DNA of 37,568 nt from contig JAQGGV010000003.1 in NCBI GenBank assembly GCA_028289185.1, positions 1 to 37,568 of the forward strand. Reading direction: 5' to 3'. The number at the start of each line of letters is the position of its first letter. Positions within the stretch are counted from its first letter, which is position 1. This DNA comes from Candidatus Saccharimonadota bacterium. GTDB taxonomy: Bacteria > Patescibacteriota > Saccharimonadia > Saccharimonadales > Saccharimonadaceae. The position numbers and the translations under genes were made by a program. Positions 1 to 8,906 of the stretch are shown in pieces. The notes beneath the pieces are model-generated. The model made no database searches, was not told the origin of the DNA, and saw nothing but the letters and a program-made list of their open reading frames with translations.

Positions 1-1055
1 ATTGGTTGAATAGGCAAACCACTCTTGTAGTCATAGCCGACGGAGTGCTCGATATCGTCCTCACCACGTCGTAACTGGGCCGATTCGAGGGCCGCTAGGA
101 CTCGTTTCCTAGCCTCCTCTACTTCAAGCCCCAGGAACTGCGTCGGGACATTTATCATCTTGCCATCAAAGCCGATAACCTGGATGCGCTCGAGGTTGTG
201 TCGCTCCCCTATTTCAAAGTCATTTGGGTCGTGTGCAGGGGTAACTTTGACGGCGCCGGTACCAAAGGCAGGATCGACGTGCTCGTCGCCGATAACGGGA
301 ATTTCGCGGTCCGACAGAGGTACGACGACGTGTGAGCCAATTAATTTCTTGTAGCGTTCGTCGTCTGGATGAACGGCGATTGCGGTGTCACCAAGCAGTG
401 TCTCTGGGCGCGTGGTGGCAACGACAATTTCGGTCACATGGTCGATTGATGGATACGCGATACGCCACAGTTTACCCTTCTCTGTCTTGTAGTTGACCTC
501 GATATCGGCATAGCTAGTCTGGTATTTGGTACTGTAGTTAACGATTCGCTCACCCCTGTAAATCAGACCATCATCCCACATCTTTTTGAATGTGTCATAG
601 ACCGTTGCCACAACTTTGTCGTCAAGGGTAAAGACCTGGTTATTCCAGTCAGCGCTGACTCCGAGCGCACGCAGTTGTTTCTCCATCGTTCCCCTCTGGT
701 CAGCGACGAAATTCCAGACTTGGCTGTATAGTTCCTCGCGGCTAAAGTCAGTGCGGCTTTTGCCATTTTCGGCCAAGGTTCGTTCGTAGACGACCCACGT
801 TTCAAACCCAGCATGATCCGCCCCTGGTAGATATAGCACATCCCTACCCCGCATACGGTAGTAGCGCGCCAAAATATCCTCGAGGTTGGCCATAAGAGCG
901 TGGCCGATGTGTAGATTACCGTTGGCATTTGGCGGCGGCATGATAACGCTATAGGGTTCGCCCTTCCCTGTCGGCTTGAATGCACCGGCCTTCTCCCACA
1001 TTTCATAGATAGTCGGTTCGAATTCCGGTGGGTTGTATGCTTTGGCAAGTTTCAT
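1..1055 (-). CDS. valS: Valyl-tRNA synthetase, N-terminal part (runs off the window start)
   Basis: Manual translation from ATG 1055 gives MKLAKAYNPPEFEPTIYEMWE..., PPPNANGNLHIGH (HIGH motif), PGADHAG and VATTRPETLLGDTAIAVHP. Missing from the ORF track because no stop lies in the window. Confidence 0.95.
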   Translation of the reverse strand, partial: MKLAKAYNPPEFEPTIYEMWEKAGAFKPTGKGEPYSVIMPPPNANGNLHIGHALMANLEDILARYYRMRGRDVLYLPGADHAGFETWVVYERTLAENGKSRTDFSREELYSQVWNFVADQRGTMEKQLRALGVSADWNNQVFTLDDKVVATVYDTFKKMWDDGLIYRGERIVNYSTKYQTSYADIEVNYKTEKGKLWRIAYPSIDHVTEIVVATTRPETLLGDTAIAVHPDDERYKKLIGSHVVVPLSDREIPVIGDEHVDPAFGTGAVKVTPAHDPNDFEIGERHNLERIQVIGFDGKMINVPTQFLGLEVEEARKRVLAALESAQLRRGEDDIEHSVGYDYKSGLPIQP

Positions 1056-1356
1056 TTGTATCAGTATAACAGATGAATATTTGATTTAACAGAGGTAAAC
1101 CGCGGTGATGACGTTTTGGTAAACGTAAGTACTTTTCACGTGGAAACTTGGACATTAGGAAATATAACATTTCACGAGAAATGCCCTCCTCAGGTCCAAA
1201 CTTTTTTCCACGTGTTTGTTTTCACCTCTTAGTATAGCACTAACGGTAATATTTCTCACATTTTCTTCGCTTTGGCGTTCGGTATCTTCCGCCAAGTCGT
1301 CGTGTCACACCGGAGAATCTCCGGGTGGACCTCAGGAATCTCCAGATGCGCTAGCA

Positions 1357-1439
1357 ACCATGCTTGAGTATGGTCTTTAGGGGTAGGGAGCTCGTTTATG
1401 AATTTATTTCGAAAACGAGCGGGAAGGGCGAACCCTTCC
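1357..1439 (+). repeat. Three-hairpin structured element, copy 1
   Basis: ACCATGC/GTATGGT hairpin, CTTTAGGGG at 1375-1383, GCTCGTTT/AAACGAGC hairpin, GGAAGGG-CGAA-CCCTTCC at 1422-1439. Confidence 0.85.
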
Positions 1440-1453
1440 GTTATAATGAACCT

Positions 1454-2440
1454 ATGATTTCAATGCAGCCGACCGACGACAGGGAAGCCTGGGACGAATA
1501 TGTCCTAGAAAACGATGGTCATCCGCTGCAATTATGGGGATGGGGGCAGACAAAGGCCGAGCACGGCTGGCATGCAGATAGGTTATTTGCCTATGATATG
1601 GACAAAAACATTATCGGTGGTGCACAGGTGCTTATTCGTAAGCTACCGTGGCCGTTTAAGGCACTGGTCTATGTGCCACGCGGACCAGTGGTCACGGCGG
1701 GCCAGACGAGTGACTTCCTGATAGCCCTGACGAACTATGCCAAATCCCAATACAGGGGAGTAGTGGTCTCGATCGAACCTGACTGGGTTGAATTACCCAA
1801 ATTACCCGGCGGTTGGCATCTGTCTGCAAATACTATTTTGATCCCGGAAACCCTCATTCTTGACCTCACTAAATCCGAGGATGATTTGCTAGCGCCAATG
1901 GCCAAAAAGACCCGTCAATACATCCGTAAATCCAGTGGCGAGGACACGATGACAATCCGCCAGGTAAAGAGTAAAGAGGGCATAGCGAAATGCCTGCAGA
2001 TTTACCAAGAAACGGCCAAAAGGGCAGGGTTTGCGCTGCATGATGACCAGTATTATTACGATGTTTTTGCCAATCTGAGTGACAATTCACCAGTGTTTGC
2101 TGCGTATGTTGATAACGAACCAATCGCGTTCGTATGGTTGGCCATCAGCGCCAAAACAGCCTTTGAGTTGTACGGTGGTATGAATGACACGGGGCAAGAA
2201 TTACGTGCAAACTATGCGCTGAAATGGCACGCCATTCGCAAAACCCGCGAGTGGGGGATAGAGCGTTATGACATGAACGGTTTGGTATCCGACGGTGTCA
2301 GTAATTTTAAGCGCGGTTTTGCTGATCACGAGGACAAACTAATTGGCACCTACGATCGGCCCCTCTCACCTCTGTATACGGTCTGGACAAAAGTACTTCC
2401 GCTGGGCAAGAAAATAGTCAGAACTATCAAACGAAAATAG
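1454..2440 (+). CDS. FemABX-family peptidoglycan bridge aminoacyl/peptidyl transferase
   Basis: HPLQLWGWG, YVPRGP, KKTRQYIRKS, ANYALKWHAI and FKRGF motifs. Start placed at ATG 1454, 6 nt after TATAAT (1442-1447). Confidence 0.9.
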   Translation: MISMQPTDDREAWDEYVLENDGHPLQLWGWGQTKAEHGWHADRLFAYDMDKNIIGGAQVLIRKLPWPFKALVYVPRGPVVTAGQTSDFLIALTNYAKSQYRGVVVSIEPDWVELPKLPGGWHLSANTILIPETLILDLTKSEDDLLAPMAKKTRQYIRKSSGEDTMTIRQVKSKEGIAKCLQIYQETAKRAGFALHDDQYYYDVFANLSDNSPVFAAYVDNEPIAFVWLAISAKTAFELYGGMNDTGQELRANYALKWHAIRKTREWGIERYDMNGLVSDGVSNFKRGFADHEDKLIGTYDRPLSPLYTVWTKVLPLGKKIVRTIKRK

Positions 2441-2572
2441 TATAGATTATTTAGCAATTATATGGTATAGTATACATGCTTCAAGAGTGGAAACTCATGG
2501 GAGCGTAACTGACAAGCAGGTACCCAGAACCGTCCAATCGGTTCGACCATCTAGCACGAAAGAGGGAACAAC

Positions 2573-2890
2573 ATGGAATCCATGCGACTCAAGTTCTCGT
2601 TCTACAAGTTCCGGGACAAGAAGATTACCAGCCAGGGCTGGGCAAAAGCCGCCTATGTGGGCTGCTGGATCGGCTTGACCCTGGCCGTGATGTTCGTGCT
2701 GTGGGTCCTTCACCTGGCGCTGCTGTTGGCCGACGTGCTCGGTGCCTTCGGGTATCCGATCTTGGCCATGCTGATCATCGGTTGTGTGCTGTTCGCCCAA
2801 CGCAAGTCCGGGCTGCGCAGCTTCTACAACCGTGACAAGGAGTGGGTGTCATTTGGTTTCGACCGCAGTATGTGGTGGAACCGGAAGTAG
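2573..2890 (+). CDS. Hypothetical small membrane protein (105 aa, about two TM segments)
   Basis: SD-like AGAGGG before ATG, C/G-ending codon bias, hydrophobic stretches, own promoter-like TGGTATAGT near 2463-2471. Confidence 0.7.
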   Translation: MESMRLKFSFYKFRDKKITSQGWAKAAYVGCWIGLTLAVMFVLWVLHLALLLADVLGAFGYPILAMLIIGCVLFAQRKSGLRSFYNRDKEWVSFGFDRSMWWNRK

Positions 2891-3012
2891 CCGGCGTCCG
2901 GTGAACGTGACAAGCAGGCCGACATTGGCCGCTTGGCCCACGTCCCCGCGACCTTGTCGTACCTGCTTGTCACATTCACTTTCTACAGATCAGTATCTGT
3001 GTGAAGTGAATG

Positions 3013-4182
3013 TTAGGCCCACGCTGTTTTGGTCATGGATAGGCTAGGTACAACTTCTAAATCGAATGGACTCACAGGGTCCTTTTTTTGTGCGTAGAAA
3101 TAACCAAGTGCGGCGATCATGGCGCCGTTGTCGGTACAAAGCTGCATCGGTGCGTACTCGATGTTCAGGGGTAGACGTTCTTGCAGCTGGCGACGAAGTT
3201 CCTGATTGGCGGCCACGCCACCAGCGATGACTACAGAGGCGGGTGAGTAGTCTTTGAATGCCTTTTCGGCTTTGTCGACCAGGGTTTCAACGGCTGTTTG
3301 CTGAAAACTGGCGGCAAAGTCATTGCGCTGGACGTCGCTCAGGAGCGCAGGAAGGTCGTGTGAAGGGAAGGTGTAATCATTCCCAGTTTCGTGCTGGACG
3401 GCCCTTAGAAGGGCTGTCTTGAGCCCAGAGAAGCTAAAGTCGTATGGGTTTGTCAGTTTAGCCTTCGGCAGTTTGTATTTGTGCGGATCGCCAGCTAGCG
3501 CGGCTTTGGCAACTGATGGGCCGCCAGGGTAGGGTAGGCCGATGATTTTGGCGACCTTGTCAAAGGCTTCACCGACGGCATCGTCCTGGGTTTGGCCCAG
3601 GAGCTCGTAGTTACCGTGGTCTTGAAAGAGAACAAGTTGCGAGTGGCCGCCGGAAACAATCAGTGCAAGCATTGGGAATTGAGGTTGAGAGCTCGGTAGT
3701 ACAAGGTCGCGAAGCCCACCAATCGCTCTTCCTCCCTTGCCATGTTCGCCAGCTCCAATAATCGTTTTGCCGCGCTCGCTTGGCAAAAGATTATTGGGCT
3801 GACTCTCCATCTTCTCAATGATGAAATTCGCATATACATGCGCTTCAACGTGATGTATAGGATACAACGGTTTGTTATGGATGAGGGCGAGAGTACGAGC
3901 GGCGAGGGTGCCAACGAGCAGTGAGCCAATCAGGCCCGGGGCGTAGGTGACGGCAATTGCGTCAATGTCATCCCAAGTGCAGTCAGCGTCGCGTAGTGCT
4001 TGGTTGATGACGGGATTGATAACTTCGATATGACTACGAGCGGCAACTTCTGGCACAACGCCGCCATACTGCGAGTGGATATCGATCTGCGTCTGAATGA
4101 CATTGGAAAGAAGCTTACGGCCATCCTCGACAACCGCAACTGCTGTTTCGTCACAACTACTCTCAATTCCCAGTATTTTCAC
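3013..4182 (-). CDS. tsaD: tRNA N6-adenosine threonylcarbamoyltransferase
   Basis: ILGIESSCDET, HHVEAH, LIVSGGHS, DDAVGEAFDKVA, FSFSGLKT and CTDNGAMIA motifs. Confidence 0.97.
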   Translation of the reverse strand: MKILGIESSCDETAVAVVEDGRKLLSNVIQTQIDIHSQYGGVVPEVAARSHIEVINPVINQALRDADCTWDDIDAIAVTYAPGLIGSLLVGTLAARTLALIHNKPLYPIHHVEAHVYANFIIEKMESQPNNLLPSERGKTIIGAGEHGKGGRAIGGLRDLVLPSSQPQFPMLALIVSGGHSQLVLFQDHGNYELLGQTQDDAVGEAFDKVAKIIGLPYPGGPSVAKAALAGDPHKYKLPKAKLTNPYDFSFSGLKTALLRAVQHETGNDYTFPSHDLPALLSDVQRNDFAASFQQTAVETLVDKAEKAFKDYSPASVVIAGGVAANQELRRQLQERLPLNIEYAPMQLCTDNGAMIAALGYFYAQKKDPVSPFDLEVVPSLSMTKTAWA

Positions 4183-4200
4183 TACCGGTATTATACCAGA

Positions 4201-4758
4201 TTAAACAGAGATGGAGCCCTGGCGGAGAACTTCGATACCGTCATGTGTCGGTCGAATGATGGTCGACGGCAATTTTTGATCAATTGTGCCACCATCAACG
4301 TAGAAATCAATGCTATCTCCGAAGTACGCGGCTGCTTCGCTGATATTCGTGGCTGGCGGCTGACCTGGCTGATTGGCGCTCGAGGTGATAAGGGGTCCCG
4401 TTTGCTCGAGGAACTGCTTGATGGTCGGATCCGCAACGACACGCATCGCCAGCGTACCGACACCTTGATGTAGATACGTGTTGTCGGGGACGGGCAGTAC
4501 GGCACTGAGAGGATTGGGCCAATAGTGGACGACTTTTTCGATCTCGGTAGGTGAAACACTGAGCGCAAGGAGTTGATCGGTTGAACTGGCAATCAATGTG
4601 CCCGGTTTCTTCTCGCGGCTTTTGAGCGTATAGAATCGATGAACCGCCGCATGATCAGCGGCGATAGTTACCAACCCGTAGACTGTATCCGTCGGTACAA
4701 CCCCAATGGCGCCGTTTTGCAACAGTGGTATGGCTTGATCAAGTGTCACGATATTCAT
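4201..4758 (-). CDS. tsaC: L-threonylcarbamoyladenylate synthase (Sua5/YrdC family)
   Basis: PTDTVYGL, K-x-R (LKSREKKP) and SSANQPG motifs. True start ATG 4758; the ORF track over-extends it into murE antisense. Confidence 0.92.
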   Translation of the reverse strand: MNIVTLDQAIPLLQNGAIGVVPTDTVYGLVTIAADHAAVHRFYTLKSREKKPGTLIASSTDQLLALSVSPTEIEKVVHYWPNPLSAVLPVPDNTYLHQGVGTLAMRVVADPTIKQFLEQTGPLITSSANQPGQPPATNISEAAAYFGDSIDFYVDGGTIDQKLPSTIIRPTHDGIEVLRQGSISV

Positions 4759-4800
4759 ATCACTATCATAGCGCCGCGAGCGAGATGGTAGAATAGGAGC

Positions 4801-6084
4801 ATGAAACAACTGCTTGTAAAGGGAGTGCGCGGGGTCTTGCCAAAGGGTACGGTCCACAAGATTGAAGAAGGCTATCGAAAGGGTCGTGTTCGGCTGGTTC
4901 GGGCTCGCTACGGCAACCCGGCAAAAAACCTGAAAGTCATCGCTATAACAGGGACAAACGGCAAAACGACGACTCTGAATTACCTGAATGAGATTATGAA
5001 AGAGGCGGGACATAGGACCGCCATGTTCACGACTGCGGTCATCGAGATTAATGGTCATCGCAAAATTAATGACCTCAATGCAACAGTCGCATTGACTGCC
5101 GAAATGCAGAAGTTTTTCCGTGAGGCGAAGCGTGAAAAAGTTGATTATGTTCTGCTGGAAGTGACCAGCCATGCGCTCGACCAACATAAGTTGGACGGTG
5201 TGCCGATTATGGCGGCAATTATGACCAATCTGACCCAGGATCATTTGGACTACCACGGCACGATGGAGAAATATGCCGAGGCAAAGGGCAAATTATTCGC
5301 GGCTAACCCGCAATTTATCGTGCTGAACCGGGATGATGAGTGGTACGATTTCTTTAATCAATTCCAAGCAGCTGGCCAAAAAATCACTTACGGCAGGCAC
5401 GACGACGCCGAGGTTCGGGTAACGAAGACGAGACTATTCCGCAAGGGCAGTGAGGCGACAATCCTGCTTGATCACCACGATGAACTGGAACTTGCGACGG
5501 CACTACCGGGCGAGTACAACATCGACAATATGGTTGCAGCGGCGACTGCTGCCTATGTATTGGGTATTAATTTGAACGACATTGTAGAGGGTGTTGCCAA
5601 CCTCGAGGGCGTACCCGGTAGGTTCGAACATGTCAAAACGGGCAAGGATTTCGACGTCGTCGTTGATTATGCGCACACGCCGGACGGGTTAGAGAAGTTT
5701 CTGACGGCTGCAAAAGCGATTACCAAAAATCGCGTTATTCTTGTCTTTGGCGCCACTGGCGATCGAGACAAGGGAAAACGACCGATTATGGGCGAAATTG
5801 CTGCCAAACTAGCCGATCGTATCGTTTTAACTGACGAGGAAAGCTACAACGAGAACCCTGACAAAATTCGCGAACAAGTCATGCAAGGCATCGAATCTGC
5901 TGGTGGATCGGGCAAAACGACCGAAATTGCTGATCGTCACGAAGCTATCAAAAAGGCCCTCGGCATCGCGACTAAGGGTGATATCGTGCTCATCACTGGT
6001 ATGGGACACGAGAAGTTTCGTATTGTGAACGGCGAACGAATCCCGTGGAACGACGCTGATGCCGTAAAAGAACTACTCGAATAG
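4801..6084 (+). CDS. murE: UDP-MurNAc-tripeptide synthetase (MurE family Mur ligase)
   Basis: ITGTNGKTT, LEVTSHALDQ, TNLTQDHLDYH, VPGRFE, VDYAHTPD and GMGHE motifs. Confidence 0.92.
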   Translation: MKQLLVKGVRGVLPKGTVHKIEEGYRKGRVRLVRARYGNPAKNLKVIAITGTNGKTTTLNYLNEIMKEAGHRTAMFTTAVIEINGHRKINDLNATVALTAEMQKFFREAKREKVDYVLLEVTSHALDQHKLDGVPIMAAIMTNLTQDHLDYHGTMEKYAEAKGKLFAANPQFIVLNRDDEWYDFFNQFQAAGQKITYGRHDDAEVRVTKTRLFRKGSEATILLDHHDELELATALPGEYNIDNMVAAATAAYVLGINLNDIVEGVANLEGVPGRFEHVKTGKDFDVVVDYAHTPDGLEKFLTAAKAITKNRVILVFGATGDRDKGKRPIMGEIAAKLADRIVLTDEESYNENPDKIREQVMQGIESAGGSGKTTEIADRHEAIKKALGIATKGDIVLITGMGHEKFRIVNGERIPWNDADAVKELLE

Positions 6085-6096
6085 AGCTTATGAACA

Positions 6097-6855
6097 ATGG
6101 TGGAAGACAAAAAACAGGCACTGAAGAAATTTTTCCGTAACTATACGCTTGTTGTCCTTGTGATTGTTGGTTTGATTATCACGCTCCTGCTATTGGTCTG
6201 GTTTCGCTTTTTGGCACTCGTCAGTATCGGTGATTTATCAAAGATTAACCCGCTCATCACGTCGGGTCAAAACAGATTGGTACTGAAAGACGGTACGAGC
6301 GAAATCGTCAAAATTCCGATAGACGGTACAGCGGCCAATAAAGGATCTTCCGACAGTAATACACCAGCCGACACGTCAACAGGCGGGGCTTCATCTGAAA
6401 ATCAATCGAACTCAGCAACCACCACAACGGGCGGCACGGTGCAGACTAGCAATGGGGGTGCTAGCACCCCCGTGGTCACAGTCAGCCCATCCGTTAGCCC
6501 GTCATCCAGCCCGAGTCCCGTTCCAACCACAGCGGCGTTTACGGCAAATATAGGTTCGAACGTGACATACGAGACATCGAACAAGTCATCGTATGCTAAC
6601 GGCTGCACCATCACCTACAAATTTACCTTCACCGCCACCGCCCAGAACGCGCCCGGTGTGGCGAAAGCGCAGTGGAGGTGGCCTGGTAGTACCTGGGGGA
6701 ATGAGTTCAACGTGTCTTTTTCGGTCGGACAAACGAGTGTGCCGGTAACAATACAGCAATATGTGAGCGCTAACACCAGTGACCAAGTGGTAAGCCTCAG
6801 GCTGAACTCACCGAACGCCGTCGAGAAAGATTATGGGTTCAAGCATCAATGTTAA
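6097..6855 (+). CDS. Membrane-anchored protein with Ser/Thr-rich linker and C-terminal beta-rich domain with a Cys pair
   Basis: N-terminal TM helix, low-complexity S/T/P linker, GCTITYKF...KHQC domain; its end overlaps the kinase start. Confidence 0.8.
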   Translation: MVEDKKQALKKFFRNYTLVVLVIVGLIITLLLLVWFRFLALVSIGDLSKINPLITSGQNRLVLKDGTSEIVKIPIDGTAANKGSSDSNTPADTSTGGASSENQSNSATTTTGGTVQTSNGGASTPVVTVSPSVSPSSSPSPVPTTAAFTANIGSNVTYETSNKSSYANGCTITYKFTFTATAQNAPGVAKAQWRWPGSTWGNEFNVSFSVGQTSVPVTIQQYVSANTSDQVVSLRLNSPNAVEKDYGFKHQC

Positions 6856-8810
6856 AGATCTTAACCCCTATCAAACAACTAATTCATAGTCCCAGCCTGC
6901 AGATGCGTTTTTTGCTGCGCGTGTTATTGCCACCGTTCCTGCTCCTCCTCGTTCTTTGTGTTGCCGCTTACGTCTTCATTAGTAGCACGGTACGCAAGTC
7001 TGAGCTCGACAGCCTGGGGCGGGCGGCTGTGACCACTAGCGCCAAGCTGGATCGTGAATTCGCAATACGCCAAACGATACTACGCAGTACCGGTGCCGAA
7101 TTATTCGCGACAAAAAGCGAATATGGTGATAAACGCACAGAACTAGACCACGATTATGCTGCCTGCCGGGCGTTCATTGGGTCGAATGCGAAATATACCG
7201 CTGCACCCGACGCTGTATGTAGTCCGTTTTACGCTCAAATCGCCGTTGCCAAGGCCAACGGAACAGGCGTCCCTCAGGCGGTTGATAGCGGCTATGCAGT
7301 CGAGGTACAGGACCAGTCCACGCTTGAGCAGAAAGCGATCAACGACAGGCTCTCGGCTGTCACCGAGTATTTCCCCGAAACGTCGAAGCTACTTGTCGTC
7401 GACAAAATTGGCGCCACTGTGAGCAGGGCAGATAGTGGTAAGGCCCTATCGGAAGCGGCGGCCAAGCGCATTGACGAATTAACGAAGGAGGCCTTGAAAG
7501 AGCCAGTCGAGGCTCAGCTCGTCCAGGATGGTGACCTGAGGAAAATCGTGTTCGCATATCCAATTGACCAAGGTGCGGTCATTGCCGTATACGATCTCGA
7601 TAATGCGAAATTTCTCTATCCATCATGGAAATCTGCACCGATCGACAACGCCAAGGCATATGTCGTGGTTGCAGATGAAGAAAGCGGAGCGGGCTACCCG
7701 CAATTAAATGGGTCGGCATTGTACCTACCAGTGCTACGCGGGAGCAAGGCTGGCGAACAGACGAGTTTTACGAGTTCCGGCATTGAATACCTAGCAACGT
7801 CTGAAAGGATCGGCCAATCTGCTTGGCGTGTTATCGTTGCCTCGCCATCTGCTATTGCTCTTGGCGCTCTCGCCTCTGGGCAGATCATAGCGGTTGGCAT
7901 CATCGGGCTGTTGCTCGTCAGCTTTCTGCTGGTTGGCTCACTGTTCGTGCGTCGGACGGTTGATAGTATCCTTGGGCTTGTTGGAGGCGCGGTGTTATTT
8001 TCGACCGGCGAACTGGACCACCAGATTGACACGGTGACTATGAGCGACAAAGAGTTCTCTCAATTGGCTGAGATTATGAATAACATGGCAAAGAAAATCC
8101 AAGAGGCTGAAGCTGAAATCGACCAAAAAAATAAAGAATTCATCAGTGTTGCTACACATGAAATTCGGGCACCACTAACGGCTATTATTGGCAATCTGTC
8201 GATGATGGTTGATGACGGCATGGGCACGCTCGATGACACTGCAAAGGGGCTGACCACCACCGCGTATACATCAACAGTTCGACTTCGTGATTTGGTGAAC
8301 GAGCTTCTGGATATCGCGAGGCTGGAGTCCGGACGAGCAACATTTACTATCGAGCAGATTGATATCGGCAAGGCAATCTCCAGTATGGTAGAACTACAGC
8401 GAACAACGGCGATAGAAAAGGGTATTACTGTCGAGTATGTGCCCCCAGCGCAGCCCGTTATGGCCATGGCGGATAAGACCAAGCTCGAGATTGTGCTGAC
8501 GAATTTTATCAGTAACGGTATCAAATACAATCGGCCGAACGGCTCGGTGACAATCTCGCATGAAATCAAGGGTCAAACGATAGAAATTACCATACGTGAT
8601 ACGGGTCTTGGCATACCGCAGGACCAGCAGGCAAAAATGTTCCAGAAGTTCTTCCGTGTTGAACACGAGGATCGCGCGAAAGTTCAAGGTACGGGCCTTG
8701 GCATGTATGTCACCAAGCAGTTCATCGAGGGTATGGGTGGTCGGCTATGGTTTGAATCAGTGCATGGCGAGGGAACGGCGTTTCACTTTACTCTGCCTAC
8801 TAAGCCGTAG
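6849..8810 (+). CDS. Two-TM sensor histidine kinase (extracellular sensor, HAMP, HisKA, HATPase)
   Basis: H-box ATHEIRAPL, N-box NFISNGIKYN, G1 DTGLGI, F-box FQKF, G2 GTGLGM. Confidence 0.95.
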   Translation: MLKILTPIKQLIHSPSLQMRFLLRVLLPPFLLLLVLCVAAYVFISSTVRKSELDSLGRAAVTTSAKLDREFAIRQTILRSTGAELFATKSEYGDKRTELDHDYAACRAFIGSNAKYTAAPDAVCSPFYAQIAVAKANGTGVPQAVDSGYAVEVQDQSTLEQKAINDRLSAVTEYFPETSKLLVVDKIGATVSRADSGKALSEAAAKRIDELTKEALKEPVEAQLVQDGDLRKIVFAYPIDQGAVIAVYDLDNAKFLYPSWKSAPIDNAKAYVVVADEESGAGYPQLNGSALYLPVLRGSKAGEQTSFTSSGIEYLATSERIGQSAWRVIVASPSAIALGALASGQIIAVGIIGLLLVSFLLVGSLFVRRTVDSILGLVGGAVLFSTGELDHQIDTVTMSDKEFSQLAEIMNNMAKKIQEAEAEIDQKNKEFISVATHEIRAPLTAIIGNLSMMVDDGMGTLDDTAKGLTTTAYTSTVRLRDLVNELLDIARLESGRATFTIEQIDIGKAISSMVELQRTTAIEKGITVEYVPPAQPVMAMADKTKLEIVLTNFISNGIKYNRPNGSVTISHEIKGQTIEITIRDTGLGIPQDQQAKMFQKFFRVEHEDRAKVQGTGLGMYVTKQFIEGMGGRLWFESVHGEGTAFHFTLPTKP

Positions 8811-8820
8811 AGGTGTTTAA

Positions 8821-8901
8821 GCCGGATTTATACGGCCTTTAGGGGATGGAGGCCGATAAACGGATTTACTCCGGTTATCGGTTGGAAGGGTTTACCCTTC
8901 C
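8821..8901 (+). repeat. Three-hairpin structured element, copy 2
   Basis: GCCG/CGGC hairpin, CTTTAGGGG at 8837-8845, GGCCGATAA/TTATCGGTT hairpin, GGAAGGG-TTTA-CCCTTCC at 8884-8901 followed by TTTATTT. Confidence 0.85.
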
Positions 8902-8906
8902 TTTAT

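Noticed and set aside
563..1048. 161-aa ORF from the track
   Set aside because: Out-of-frame overlap with valS.
1056..1240. T-box leader upstream of valS
   Set aside because: No T-box consensus or terminator, and valS appears leaderless.
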